A stretch of 64,000 bases of DNA, from assembly GCF_964204645.1 (NCBI RefSeq), contig NC_134030.1, positions 3,824,778 to 3,888,777 on the forward strand, given 5' to 3'. Position 1 is the stretch's first letter. Every line of letters begins with the position of its first letter. A program made the position numbers and the translations under genes. This DNA is from Tubulanus polymorphus (Eukaryota; Animalia; Nemertea). A model generated the notes under the pieces. It ran no database searches and had not been told where the DNA came from. It saw only the letters and a list, made by a program, of their open reading frames with translations. Shown here one piece after another: positions 1 to 12,100 of the stretch.

Positions 1-3000
1 GAATGGCGATTCGATCGACAACCATAAACTGTCTCGATTTTGCTATCGTTGTGACTTTCACGTCGAATGATTCCCGATAAAACCAGAGAGATAATGATCG
101 TTTTGAATGATTGCAAAAATGAATTATTCAGGTAAAACGCGCTATTGCCCGTTACTGTACTCCAGTTATGAGGTTGACAACCATAAACTCGATTTTAATA
201 ATTTAGTATAAACTGTTTAATAGTGAGGAAATAAACACTCCAATGCACTCAAATTGATTGAATTTGACTGTCGGGTAGCCTGAAACTCAATCTGACTGTC
301 TTATTGATATACATGTAACAGCGCACCATGTCAAGTTCATTAATGATACCCCTTGCTCCGTGAGAATAAAACACCGAACTAGATTTGCAGCAAAATTTTT
401 AATAACACGTATGCATCTAACACGTATGCGTATAGGAAACCCAGACGGACTGAATCGCCACGAGGTTACTCAGTGGGCGGAGTTCAACAAGTGATAAGAA
501 ACGTGTTTGGAACACGTGATAAATAAACTACGCTGGCTCTCATAAAACATTTTATCTCCTAACGTAAATAAAATTCCTATTGGGAAACAATTGATTTATC
601 GTTATTACAAATGTAATAAGTCTATTATTTAATAAGTTCATGATTTTCAGTTGACAAAAATATATTACCGGGCAACATTCACAGTAGAACCTTATCTTGG
701 AGTTTGAATTTTCTAATTTTACTTTTCATAATAGAAATCATATCAATATATATATGTATGTTAAAGGGTACGGTTAGAAAATGTTCACTAATGATTCGCA
801 AATTTTCAGTTAGATTCGTCATCAGATGAAGAGGTTAATTCATTAATCACTTCCATCTCGGAAGTTACCGCACTCGAATGGCGTATCAGATCGTACCGAA
901 AAGTATGATTTTACCCACGAGATTCAACATTTTCTGATCTCTGATTTCGGCCTCTTTCATATCTCCGTGGAACTTTTATGTATATAACATACCATTCAAG
1001 TTGTCCTGCTGACGTTACACTAATCGGGCTCGTTGGTATATGACAGCATAATCTAGGATAAGATGTGTGTATAGTGAACTCCATTTCAAATGATGGTAGC
1101 GCCGGTAGTGACGGCGCACTTGTCAACGTACCCCTCATCTTGTTGATGTGGGCATCTGGAAACATAGATAGACGGAAGTAAAGAACAATTCTAAATTCTA
1201 AAGAAGATGCTCTAAATTCGCTCAATGCAAGACTTGAATAGATTCGCAGAAGGCAGCAAACGTGGTTTGATGTAAAACTGACATGGTTGATTTACCCGCA
1301 CTATCGGTTGCAAACATTTCGGCTTCGATCTTACAAACATCAGGAGTGGTATCAACGCTTGCTGCGAGAATTGTTTGGATGACCTACACATTCACAAAAT
1401 TTATGCAATCATTTTGCGTCCAAAAAGAATATTCGTGGTAGAATCAGTATTAACGGTGATGATACATTTATAAAATCTATCCAGAAACACAGGAGTGAAT
1501 AATAAATTTACCGTAATAAATACTAATATCCTCTTCTTAAATACGTCAAAATTCATATCGAACGATTCCGTGTTACTGGGCTATTGGATTTCCGAAATTT
1601 GGAGCCGTTAAGAAATTAAAAGCTGTTCATCGCCCACATTTTGTTCAATACCGGTTGATGATTTGGCTGCGAATCAGCCGTATCCGCGCGACCGAAGATG
1701 ATTCAGAACGCGCTGCTGCTGATGATCAATGGTTTCATTATCGCGCTAAACATTATATCTATATGAATGATTGGATTATATCATATCAAATAAAAACTGA
1801 AAGTATAATGAATTCCAGAAATCTATTGAAAATGGGAAATATGGGGATAAGTCGTTTGTTCATTTAATGATCGTTCGTCCCCGTGTATGATATATGAATA
1901 AGGCTACCGAATACAGTGCCTTCGTTTCTATGTCCTATTAGAAATTAAGGGGCGAAAGTGTTGCTCCCTTTTCGGTGAAACAGGGCACCTTCAAAATCGC
2001 TGGTAATGGGCCCGATAAGACCTTCTTGTAATTAGAGAATGACACGGTATTGTTTGTGAATAGACCACCTGACCCCTCGCCACACAGTGTCACTGAACAG
2101 ACAAACTTCCCACCAATGACCATCGCCGCGGCTCAGTCATGTAGTCTTAAACGTGGTGTTTCCAATGCTGATGGTCTCGAGTTCGAGTCCGCGCGGAAAG
2201 ACTATCATAACAGTTCAGGATTCAGTATTCGTCTTGGTCGCATTAAAATGCTGTTTTTAAATCTCTTTTTGAATAATATACGGTCTAGTTTTATCTAAGC
2301 GACGCTCCGAAGCGTAAAAGCTTTTGGAATAGATAAGAGAACTGTCTAGCGAACTGTCATGACTACGGGCTTTGTGCCATATTTCAAGATTTAAATTTCA
2401 AGAGTGCTACTATGTGGTTCATCGTGAGAAATTGTCGTTTAAGTAGGAGTAATTTAGGTCATTTCAACGCAATGAATTCACGTATATAATGAACATACGA
2501 ATTTACCCGTCTAAACGTATTCAGTTTCAATACGATGCGTCAATGCTTCACGTTGTTATTATCTACGTATCTGAATAATTTATACAGAAGTTCAACCTAT
2601 GCCGATAGAATCGGTACATCGATCTAAAATAACAACCATTGTCTATCCACATCAGAAAATTAGCTGAACCGACATAAAAGAAAAGTCCAATAAATAAACA
2701 ATGAGATGAGCTAAAAACAGGCTATTAAATGAAATAAAAAGATTTTGCTCGAATTTGTGTTAACTTCGCCCGGACAGATATACAAAACGCTTATACAATG
2801 TATATATGAGTTTCCTTTCCCCTGTCTGAACAGAATTATACACTACAAAATCCTATCATTATTTTTAACAGTAAACACCCCATTTCATTTCAGTTAGTGT
2901 CGATATTTCAATGGTCACTTGCGCGAAAAAACGAAGTTTAAAGATCATTATTGTATAAGCAACGACATAAAAACCAATACGCTTCAACCATTGGCGCTTC

Positions 3001-4405
3001 AATATAACCCAAGCAGATACCTGAAACAATCATGTATAATTTGTATAATTGCAAACAAAGTTTCCAATATGCTAGATTCCCCAGCGGTATTTGCCAATCT
3101 ATTTGTTATAATGAATTTCACTATAGAGGCCAACGGGGAAACAGGGAACAACATTCATTGCAAATGAAGTCGCAGGCCAAGTGAAAAAAGTCATCCATCA
3201 GTAGGTAGAGGACTTATCACCTAGTAAGCATTTATATTTTGAAAATTGCCGGAACGTAGTTACTGAGATCAGATGCCATGAAAAGTCACTAAAATAAGTC
3301 TAAATTTTCGAGATCTTCTGGAGAGAACCTCAAACAGACCCTATAACGGTCTTCGCACCACGCCGGGTATAAAGTATAGTTGGCCTATTTTTCTGCTCAG
3401 CCCTTACAAGAAATCCTAGATCCACCAGTGGCCAGAAGGGCTTAAAATTTCATAGTTCATGTGACGTAAACATCTATATGCCCAAATAGTACTTTTTCTG
3501 ACCAACTTGGACAATATCCAATCACGCATTTGCTAAATTCAGGCTTCGCTTAATACGGAAAATCTTGGTCCTAGTTTGGTGATGTTTACTGTATCTTGAG
3601 AGATAATCCTTCAAACCAAACCCAAAACAACCGATTCTTTTAATCAGCAAAAGTCCCGAGGTGCTTTATTTATGAACGCAATCACTCAACATTGATAGAA
3701 AAATCGTACAAGAATATATTACGCATAGAATGACGATCAATACTGTATTCATCAGACAGTGCATAAATTATAAATCATAAATACAAAAAACAAAACAAAA
3801 AAAACACGTGTTAGCGGTTTACAATTCGTTAGTGCCACTATCATGAACAAATTTACAATACGAATGTAAAAAACACGATTTCAGGCAAAAATAATGAATA
3901 AACACAAATTTTCAAATGGAATAGAACAAAAACAATGAGGGTCCCTTGAAGAGCGATGCCGAAACATCGCGTCATTTTATTTCAATTTGACCCCTATTTT
4001 CTAAATTTTCTATTTTGTAACTCAAGAGTGAAATCTTAACTCGGAATTGTGGAACCGGATCCAGACTATTTACTAACGAACACTAGTAGCGAACGTAGAC
4101 CTACATAGAGATGTAGCAAAATCTGATTTCAAAATACGACATAAAACGTTGTGCTTTATATTTTGGCAATCATTGTTTAATACTGATCGAAATAGTCTCC
4201 ACAGTCAGTTGTGTTGGTGCAACCCACCGCGGAGAAAGTATCTCTGCAAAATCAGCATGTCTCAGGGTTTCACCCTAAGCCAGGACTAGATGTGAGTAAG
4301 TAAACTTCAGTAAAAAACATAATTCTCATGGCTCATTTATATATACGAAACCATAAGGGTTATCTATAATCATTTACAAACTATTCACAGATGTACAAAC
4401 AAAAT

Positions 4406-4950
4406 ATCCGCCCTCGGCAGGGATTCAAACCTGATGGCATCGCCACACTCAGCTACAGCACGAAACCCTGCCACACTAGGGGCAAATTTCACAAATAAAC
4501 TGCACACTGAATAAAGCATCATGGACCCAGTAGGATCAACTGAATACATCTAACTTTTGAGCACAAAAATAGTTTTGTTCAGGGATTTGCAATAACGTAC
4601 TCTATAAAGATGAAATCTTGGTGCACAACATCCCGGTGTAGTAAGCATGGTCAAATATGGTATTTCTCCATAACTCGCTAGCCCCTGGATAAACACGTCA
4701 ATAAATACTAAGTTTGTTCTATAAGTATGTTCTTGATAATGATGTCACTGTGAAAACCCTTCAGCATCCAACATTGAACATGGACACTAAAGGGCTTTTC
4801 CAGTGGACGTCAAAATCAAGAAAGGTCAATCATCGATTAATAGATTTAAGATAACGACATCATCTAAGTTTTGCCTTGGGCTATTCAAGCAAGGTTTCAT
4901 ACCGTTGTGAGTCGCGATGCCATCAGGTTCGAATCCCTGCCGCGCAGGAT
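4406..4950. repeat. Inverted pair of ~65-bp elements containing a B-box-like motif
   Basis: 4889-4950 (+) contains GCGATGCCATCAGGTTCGAATCCCTGCCG. 4406-4472 contains its reverse complement with one mismatch in this core. Confidence 0.7.
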
Positions 4951-5088
4951 GCAACAATATATTATTCATCATTAAGAAATCTTTCTATTCATGGAAAACT
5001 GGAACTGTGAAAGATACCGCATGGTCCCGAAACTACAAATGCGGCGAGAATACCGGTGTCCCGAAGTCTCGCACATTGCAATATCGTT

Positions 5089-8000
5089 TTAAATGATGTG
5101 ATCATCCGCTATCGAACGCTGTCCTTTCAGAAATAAACGCCAATTTCTAAGCACGCCGTAATTGTGCGAATTTCTGAACGCGAAAAACTGACATTTCGTC
5201 GTGTGATTGTTACGAGCTCGGTGGTGTTCCTGTTGCGTAATGTTCTGACTGATGAATATTGACTGGATGATAACACCGCAAAGCACCACTGCGGTTCCAA
5301 TGATCGCGTACACTATTCCGACAAATGCAGACGCAAATCTGTAAAGATGAGCAAATCGATTATGTTACAGTTAAAGTCGTCATATCATTTAAGTTGTCCC
5401 TTAAAAGTCCCAACATCTCCTTCAAGAGTCACAACTTAAATATTATAGCGAAATTCTGATCCAGTATCTTAGTGCAATTCAGGATCCAGTTAATTACTAT
5501 ATTTCAAGAGAATCCTGATCCAGTATCTTAGTGCAATTCAGGATCCAGTTAATTACTTTATTTCAAGAGAATCCTGATCCAGTATCTTAGTGCAATTCAG
5601 GATCCAGTTAATTACTATATTTCTAGAGAATTCTGATCCAGTATCTTAGTGCAATTCAGGATCCAGTTAATTACTATACTTCAAGAGAATCCTGATCCAC
5701 CGAGACTCACCGTATATCTGCGTATAAGAACCGACAGTCGTTGGCGTAGAGAAACCAACCATTGTACATCTCTGGAGTGCAAATAGACGTCAGCGATATG
5801 TGAGATCCGTAAATACCGAGTATTACACATAAAACCATACAGAAATAGAATGAGCGATGATTATGTTCACCTATACAACAATCCAACCTGCAATAAAAAA
5901 TACATACCATCATTCCCAGATAGAAGTAAAACAGAATAGAGAACGATTCTTTTTTCAAATGAACAAAGCTTTTTCACGGAATACAAACCATATACAATGA
6001 TGATCGCGTACATTTACGCATACATTACAGACTGTACAATGACTAGACCGTAGTTTCTTCAGGCGTTTACAGTCGTCGCACCAATTAGCCGGGTTACCGT
6101 CTAAAAATCAAGAAAACACTGGTATCCGTCAGTCTATCGATTGCACAGATAGTTTACAATATAACTGGGCTTCGCTATTGAACATAAAATGGGAGGCAGT
6201 TGCTTGAATTTTGGTTTACATGTACCACTACATTTACAATCCAGTTTTAATCATCACTATCAACTGCTTAACTTAACCAAACTTTCCAGCAACAGGTCCC
6301 GACAGGGGGGCTTATTACATGGTGGAGTCTTAAGTCAAAGATTTATAAAAGAAGCCTGTAACAAGCCCCTGTGCGCCCCGGGGCTGCTATCAATTCTACC
6401 TTTAATCGGCCTCGAGTCAATACCATTACTGTTGTGGAAGCGTTTAATACTTTCAGCGTTTTCATGATTGATTTCACTGCTGCCATCATCGTCATCATCG
6501 CTTTCATCTTCGACAGTCACCTTCATCACCTCCTCGCCGTCGTCGCCCGAATACATCACGCTGTGAAACTTACGACCGGTACGCGTCGCGCCGGCCGCTG
6601 ATTGGACGGATGAAGCGCTGCGCTCGTATTTCAACGCGCTCGTCTTACACAAATACACGCAGTATAAAATGGCGCCGGCCAGCGTGACGCAGATTAAATT
6701 CTCCCAGAGTAAAATCTCGCGCAACGCGACAATCACAGTCTCGAATACGTACAGCATACAGAACACCGACGTCATACCCCACGAGAAGAAGAACTTCGTA
6801 CGATACGTTTTGAACCGGCGTTTCCACGTCGAGTGAACGAGCGCGACGAGCGACGTCGCGAACGCCATAACGAACACCGATAACCACGGCCCGTATGCGG
6901 CGATCATCCACAGGGTCGGCACGAGAACAACCGGAATTAGAACGTCGAATCGCACTTTAACGGCGCCGGTTCCGAAACACATCGGAAACCGGCAGCGATC
7001 GACTACAGCATCGATTATACCGTTCATCGTACCCGGCGACACACTCCGACACGTTATAAATCTGCAAGAGAAAACAACGTTATAATTCAAAAGCACCTCA
7101 GAATCAAATACAAATATCAATATACCCTATACAGGGTTCTTACAGATCAGGGAATCCAAAAAAGACCCTTGATAAAAGCTCCCCTTTTTGAATTGAAACG
7201 TATCCTCAGTGGGGGTTGTTTCCTCTCTCTTATGCCACTCATTACTAGCAAGAACAAGAAACCAAAAACTCAAATACCCTGACTTTCAAGAATCGATTAT
7301 GTTACAGATACAGAGAAGGATAACCTGAATTCCCCGACCTGTAAGAACCCTGTATTGTCTTAAACTTTGGATGAAAGTTTGTCGGGACATCTGAGTTCGT
7401 TATTATGAGGTTGCACTGAATTTGAAACAGTCGGATGCTCTATGGCACTTACAATAAAATATACATTTGAACGAAATATTCCAGCTACTTAAAATTATAT
7501 TTCTAGCCTTCTAACTAAAAACATTTAATGGCTAGGACCCATTTCCACAGAGTAGAGTTTTGACTCAAGAGTTATAAATTTCGACTCATTTCAACTCACA
7601 ACTGAGGAACTGGATCAAGGGGTCAGTAGCTCAAAAGTTGGGTAGGGTTGACAAATACTATGCTCACAATGCAATTGTTCCACCAGTTTACTCCAAATGT
7701 CTTTTGAGCCACTGGCTCTTAAAGCTTGCAAGAATTTCTTAAAAAGAATCAGTAATTTTGGGTAAAACATTCCACAAAACAAGTATGAATACACAAATCA
7801 TCAAAAGCTGCGAAATTTTACATACTACTTTCGAGTAAGGTCTGCCCCCAATGGAATTTGAAAACTGAAATTTCTTAAATATTCATAATGAAAGCAGGAA
7901 TGAAAGTAATTCTCATGCAAAGACAATGTGTGTGTAGCATACCTGAAAATTATAGAAACCCAATTACTGATTTGTAGAATCACAAAGCACATCTTTCCCT

Positions 8001-8260
8001 AAAATTAGTAAGATGTGGTTTAGGATAATAAATTCAGAACAGGCTTTACTGTGCACCTGTCTGACGTACCTGTCAACTGCCAGGTCTAACGCTTCACAGT
8101 CACAGCAACAAGTCAGAATATGACTCTTCTCTCCACGCTCATTGACGTATTCACAACAGCACAACAATTCATCATCTTTTACAGCAAAAAATCGCTCCTG
8201 AAGCGTCAAAGCTCGACCATATTTGTGCCGCATTAATCCTGAGAAATTGAAACGGAACAT
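5089..8260 (-). CDS. ZDHHC23: DHHC palmitoyltransferase, ZDHHC23-like (5 coding exons)
   Basis: Exons 8260-8070, 7061-6400, 6100-5989, 5887-5711 and 5338-5089 join in phase at GT-AG sites. The N-terminus LCCCEYVNERGEKSHILTCCCDCEALD is characteristic of ZDHHC23. Exons 3-4 encode WCDDCKRLKKLRSSHCTVCNVCVNVRDHHCIWLDCCIGEHNHRSF (DHHC-CRD), flanked by hydrophobic TM segments. Confidence 0.93.
5453..5700. repeat. 59-bp tandem repeat, ~4.2 copies, in the last ZDHHC23 intron
   Basis: CTGATCCAGTATCTTAGTGCAATTCAGGATCCAGTTAATTAC... recurs at 5456, 5515, 5574, 5633 and partially at 5692. Confidence 0.95.
7132..7352. mobile_element. MITE, ~220 bp, TA-flanked
   Basis: Perfect 14-bp TIRs CAGGGTTCTTACAG ... 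CTGTAAGAACCCTG, with TA on both sides and no coding capacity. Confidence 0.75.
7535..7616. mobile_element. Short MITE family A copy (GGACCCAGTTCCACAG termini)
   Basis: Imperfect TIRs GGACCCATTTCCACAG / CTGAGGAACTGGATC. Same family as 9502-9614 and 39042-39144. Confidence 0.6.
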
Positions 8261-9127
8261 GTGGTACCAGATATTTTGATTTACTTGACATTAACCTCGC
8301 TAGTAAACCTGAGTATTTCAAATATATTCAATTTAAGAACGGATTTATTGATGGTTCGAGGGAATTTGTCCTACTTACTGTGTGAATTACTGATAAATGG
8401 GGGTAAAATACTAGATAGAATATCAAAAATATTTGACAGTGAGAATCGCCTGAAACGCCGTCTAGCGACAAATATGGACCGGCGTGCAGGTTATGTCAGT
8501 TCTTGACCATCTCGTGCTGCCGCTATATATAACATTGACGGTGATTATGTGAACCAGGGAAGTGTGTGAACTAAGTGGACAAAACGATATTCCTTCTGTG
8601 GCACGCGACGAGTTAGTTCAACATTTGATTTTAATCTTAACTGTTATACGCACAAAATAGCCTTTCTATTAGGCAGTAACGACCGTGAAATCATGAAGTT
8701 CAACAGTTTATTTCTGTTTTTTGTATAAGAAACTTGAAATTGTTTGGTGTACTATACCGATTGAATACTCTGTATTTTTCATTGTTTTGTAACTTGTAAT
8801 TATTTTCGTTCCTTTGTATCCCATTTTCTTTCTGTTTGTATCTTTATTGTAAACTAATTCGATAATGTTATGTTCGTTAAGGAGCAATAAAGTTTGCACC
8901 GTCTCGTAACGGTCAAGATCTGCTACCACTGGTGGTGGGCGGCTGGCTACAGAAAAACTGGAATTCTTGAAACAACGACACTACGAACTTTAACATAACG
9001 GGATGCACGATAAAACAGAATAGAATACTTAGAAATATTTGGAAATTTATTTCAGTTAAAATTCACAAGAGAAGCGCCGTTGAAAACATTTTTGGACACT
9101 ACCATTCAAAGAAAGTGGACCCTGAAA

Positions 9128-12100
9128 TTACCAAACAGAACATTTATGCTCTGGGTTCATTCGACTTCCAATTGGGCAGTTAAACGATTCCGAAAACTGT
9201 GGAAAGTTTGATAATGGTCCAATTACTCTGAAAAAGAAACGGCTTATTAGAAAATCGAGCAGCCGGCACTGAGAAACTCTCCGTAATATTGAATGCCTAA
9301 ATTTTGATTTACACCAACCTGTATTTTCCCGGAGCATGGTGGGATGTAGCAATCATCGACTTCAAATAATTGTCACTATATGAACTGCACCAAATCTAGA
9401 AAGAAAAACAACATAGTTTCTGATACAAGCTAAAAAAGATTCCGGACAGATTCTCAAGATCGTTAAGCGTTTTCTGAGCGATGTCAGTAAGTTAAAACTC
9501 AGGACCCAGCTCCACAGGACTTCGTGAGTTAGAGATAACTCTGAGTTAAAGTTAGTTTAATTTCAATGAGTTTCAATGAGTCAAATCTTAACTCAGAACT
9601 GTGGAAATGCACCCTCTGAATACCTGTGCGTATCGAAGGAAAAATATTTGATTCTGATTGAGCTGTAATCCGGGTAAGGTCGGTTCGACACCGTTACGTT
9701 TTACCCACGCTTGATATGCCTAGAAATAAATACGCGCTGAAAACAGTGAATACGACTAGGAAAGAAATCGATGGTTTCTGACGGGCATTTATAGTTTATT
9801 ATATGTCTTATCTATTTGAAGACTCACAGCGAAGGAAAGTTTGATGGCACCATTATCTGCAATATTTTCTCCATTAGACAAAGCGGCATTCAACTGAAAT
9901 GATAACAACACGCGTGGTCGATGTGAAAATAGAGACGACTTCAGCGACGAGAAGGTTTTTTCGGTGTTTCATACCCGGAGCCCTCCTGGCAGACGATATT
10001 GATTATACTGATCGGCGACGCATTGTGATCTATTTTTCAGCTTGCGCAATGAATCTTCGTCCCACCATTCCGATAGACGACCTTCCTCGTTGAATCTGTG
10101 ACCTTTTCAATAGAGAAGCACGCTTTGATAACTACACCAGATTTCATCGATGATATGAATGAAATGTATTATTACCATCATCATTATTCAGGAATACTGA
10201 GAAATAAATGAAAAAGCTGAGAATTTTTATCACTACCAAAATCGTCGAATCCATGCGTCAGCTCGTGTCCAATGGTAAAACCTATTCCAGCGTAATTCAC
10301 ATAACTGAAATGAATAAATTCGTTTTTCTGTGAATCGGACGCATAAAGTGCGCCAAGATTAAATTGTACACATGAACACGATATCGCGTAAATTCTGCTG
10401 ATGCATATGCTGTCTGAAATCGAGGTAAAGTAGCCGTTTCATCTTAATGCATAATGATATTCAATTAATGTAATTGGGTCTTTAATCATATTAATCAAAA
10501 GGTAAGCTTGCGTGGGCTAGAGCGTGTTCATAAAACGCTACCTTCTATATCGAGATACTCAGATATTGATATGAATTGCATATGGATAACCATGTACGTA
10601 AATATTCTAATCATACGTACTTACTTCGGACTGGTTTCCTGAAATAATGGATGAATCATTGCGGCCGTGACAACTAGATAATAAAAAAATTTCAATGAGA
10701 AAACATAATACATATATATTCATAAAGTACTGCGCTCAAACGAGAAACATTTCCAACTAAAAAAGGATAATTTTACCCATTTGGTTTTTTGTATGGACTA
10801 TGTGCGCATTGAGGTTTGCTGGTTGTAACTGCATCGATCTGAAAAATACAATAGACCGGTTTATACCTTGTATCTGACAATGGTTTGAGTTAATTTTCAA
10901 ACAATACACGTAGCAAAAAGTGTCAAATATTTCTGGCTAGAAAGAAGATGGTCAGATAAACGTCATTCCCTTTTAATTCAAAATCTTAAATCGAAGATAC
11001 GTGCGAATTTTCTTTTCTTACACATTTCGATCGGTCGGATGGCGAAGATTCTCAAAATATGACCTGATTCTGTTCCTCGCTAAACTGAGGATGTTTTCAA
11101 AATATTTTTCCTTGTCGATAACAACCTAGAATCGAGTGAGATACATGCGATACTTGAACAACAATTAGGGGTATATAATAGACTACATGATGCTAGTGTC
11201 GTCGTAAATGGCCAGCAAAACGGTGTAATGTGTTAATGACTACCAGTACTCACCCCCGCATAGTCCTTCAGAAGTAACTCGTCATTTAGTATATAATCGT
11301 TATAGCCGACCAATGTGACCATTGCGTCCGTCTAGAAATGAGAGAATCACTGCGATGAATGACGTTACTTATAGTTTTATTAGCATCTGCGTCATAAAAA
11401 GATTATCATCAATAATTACTTTGGCGACTGCTTTCGCTTTAGTGATCTCGTCAATCCAATCGGCATCTTCTAAAATCTCGATGAATGCAGATTTAATGTA
11501 GGACGCCATTTCTTCTACCTAAATACAGTATATGTGACAAACAGATATCGCTATCGATATCGCTTTTCATAGACAGAACATAATTTTCATTAATTATCAC
11601 AGTGAATCTAGCCGGCGTCTGATTTCAACGTTATGATCACCTTTGTTTTACTTTCTTCGTCAAAATTATCTTTGATGTAAAGTCGACCCACAGCAGACGG
11701 CATAGCCGAAGCCGCTTTACGAACACAGTTCAGCCAATCAGGATAATCGTCATTCACTCCAAGCGCCACCTATGTTTGCATAAATTACCTCAAAATATTG
11801 AACACGGGGATGTACTTTTAGGAAATATCTAATTCATCATATCGAATATCGGGCAAACTGTACTCACCGCTTCATTAAAACGTCTGGTCGCATTTCTTAC
11901 AATTGAGGCGCCTCCGAAGCCAAGCATAGACTTAATACCACGCCAAACAAAATAATTGGCTTGCGTTCTGAAATAGTGATAAATTCTTTGTTATCCTGAG
12001 GCCAATTGCAATCAAAAACCACCGTTAAGCCCGATCTTAATTGAGTTCACCTTTTAGGAGTATCACGAATTATATCAAGCATCTCGTATAGATTACTGAG

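Noticed and set aside
3940-3980. Minimal hammerhead-like motif TTGAAGA..GAAAC..GTC
   Set aside because: The core is imperfect and stems I and II do not pair convincingly.
5453-5700. 59-bp array as CRISPR-like
   Set aside because: Head-to-tail near-identical units without unique spacers, inside a spliceosomal intron.
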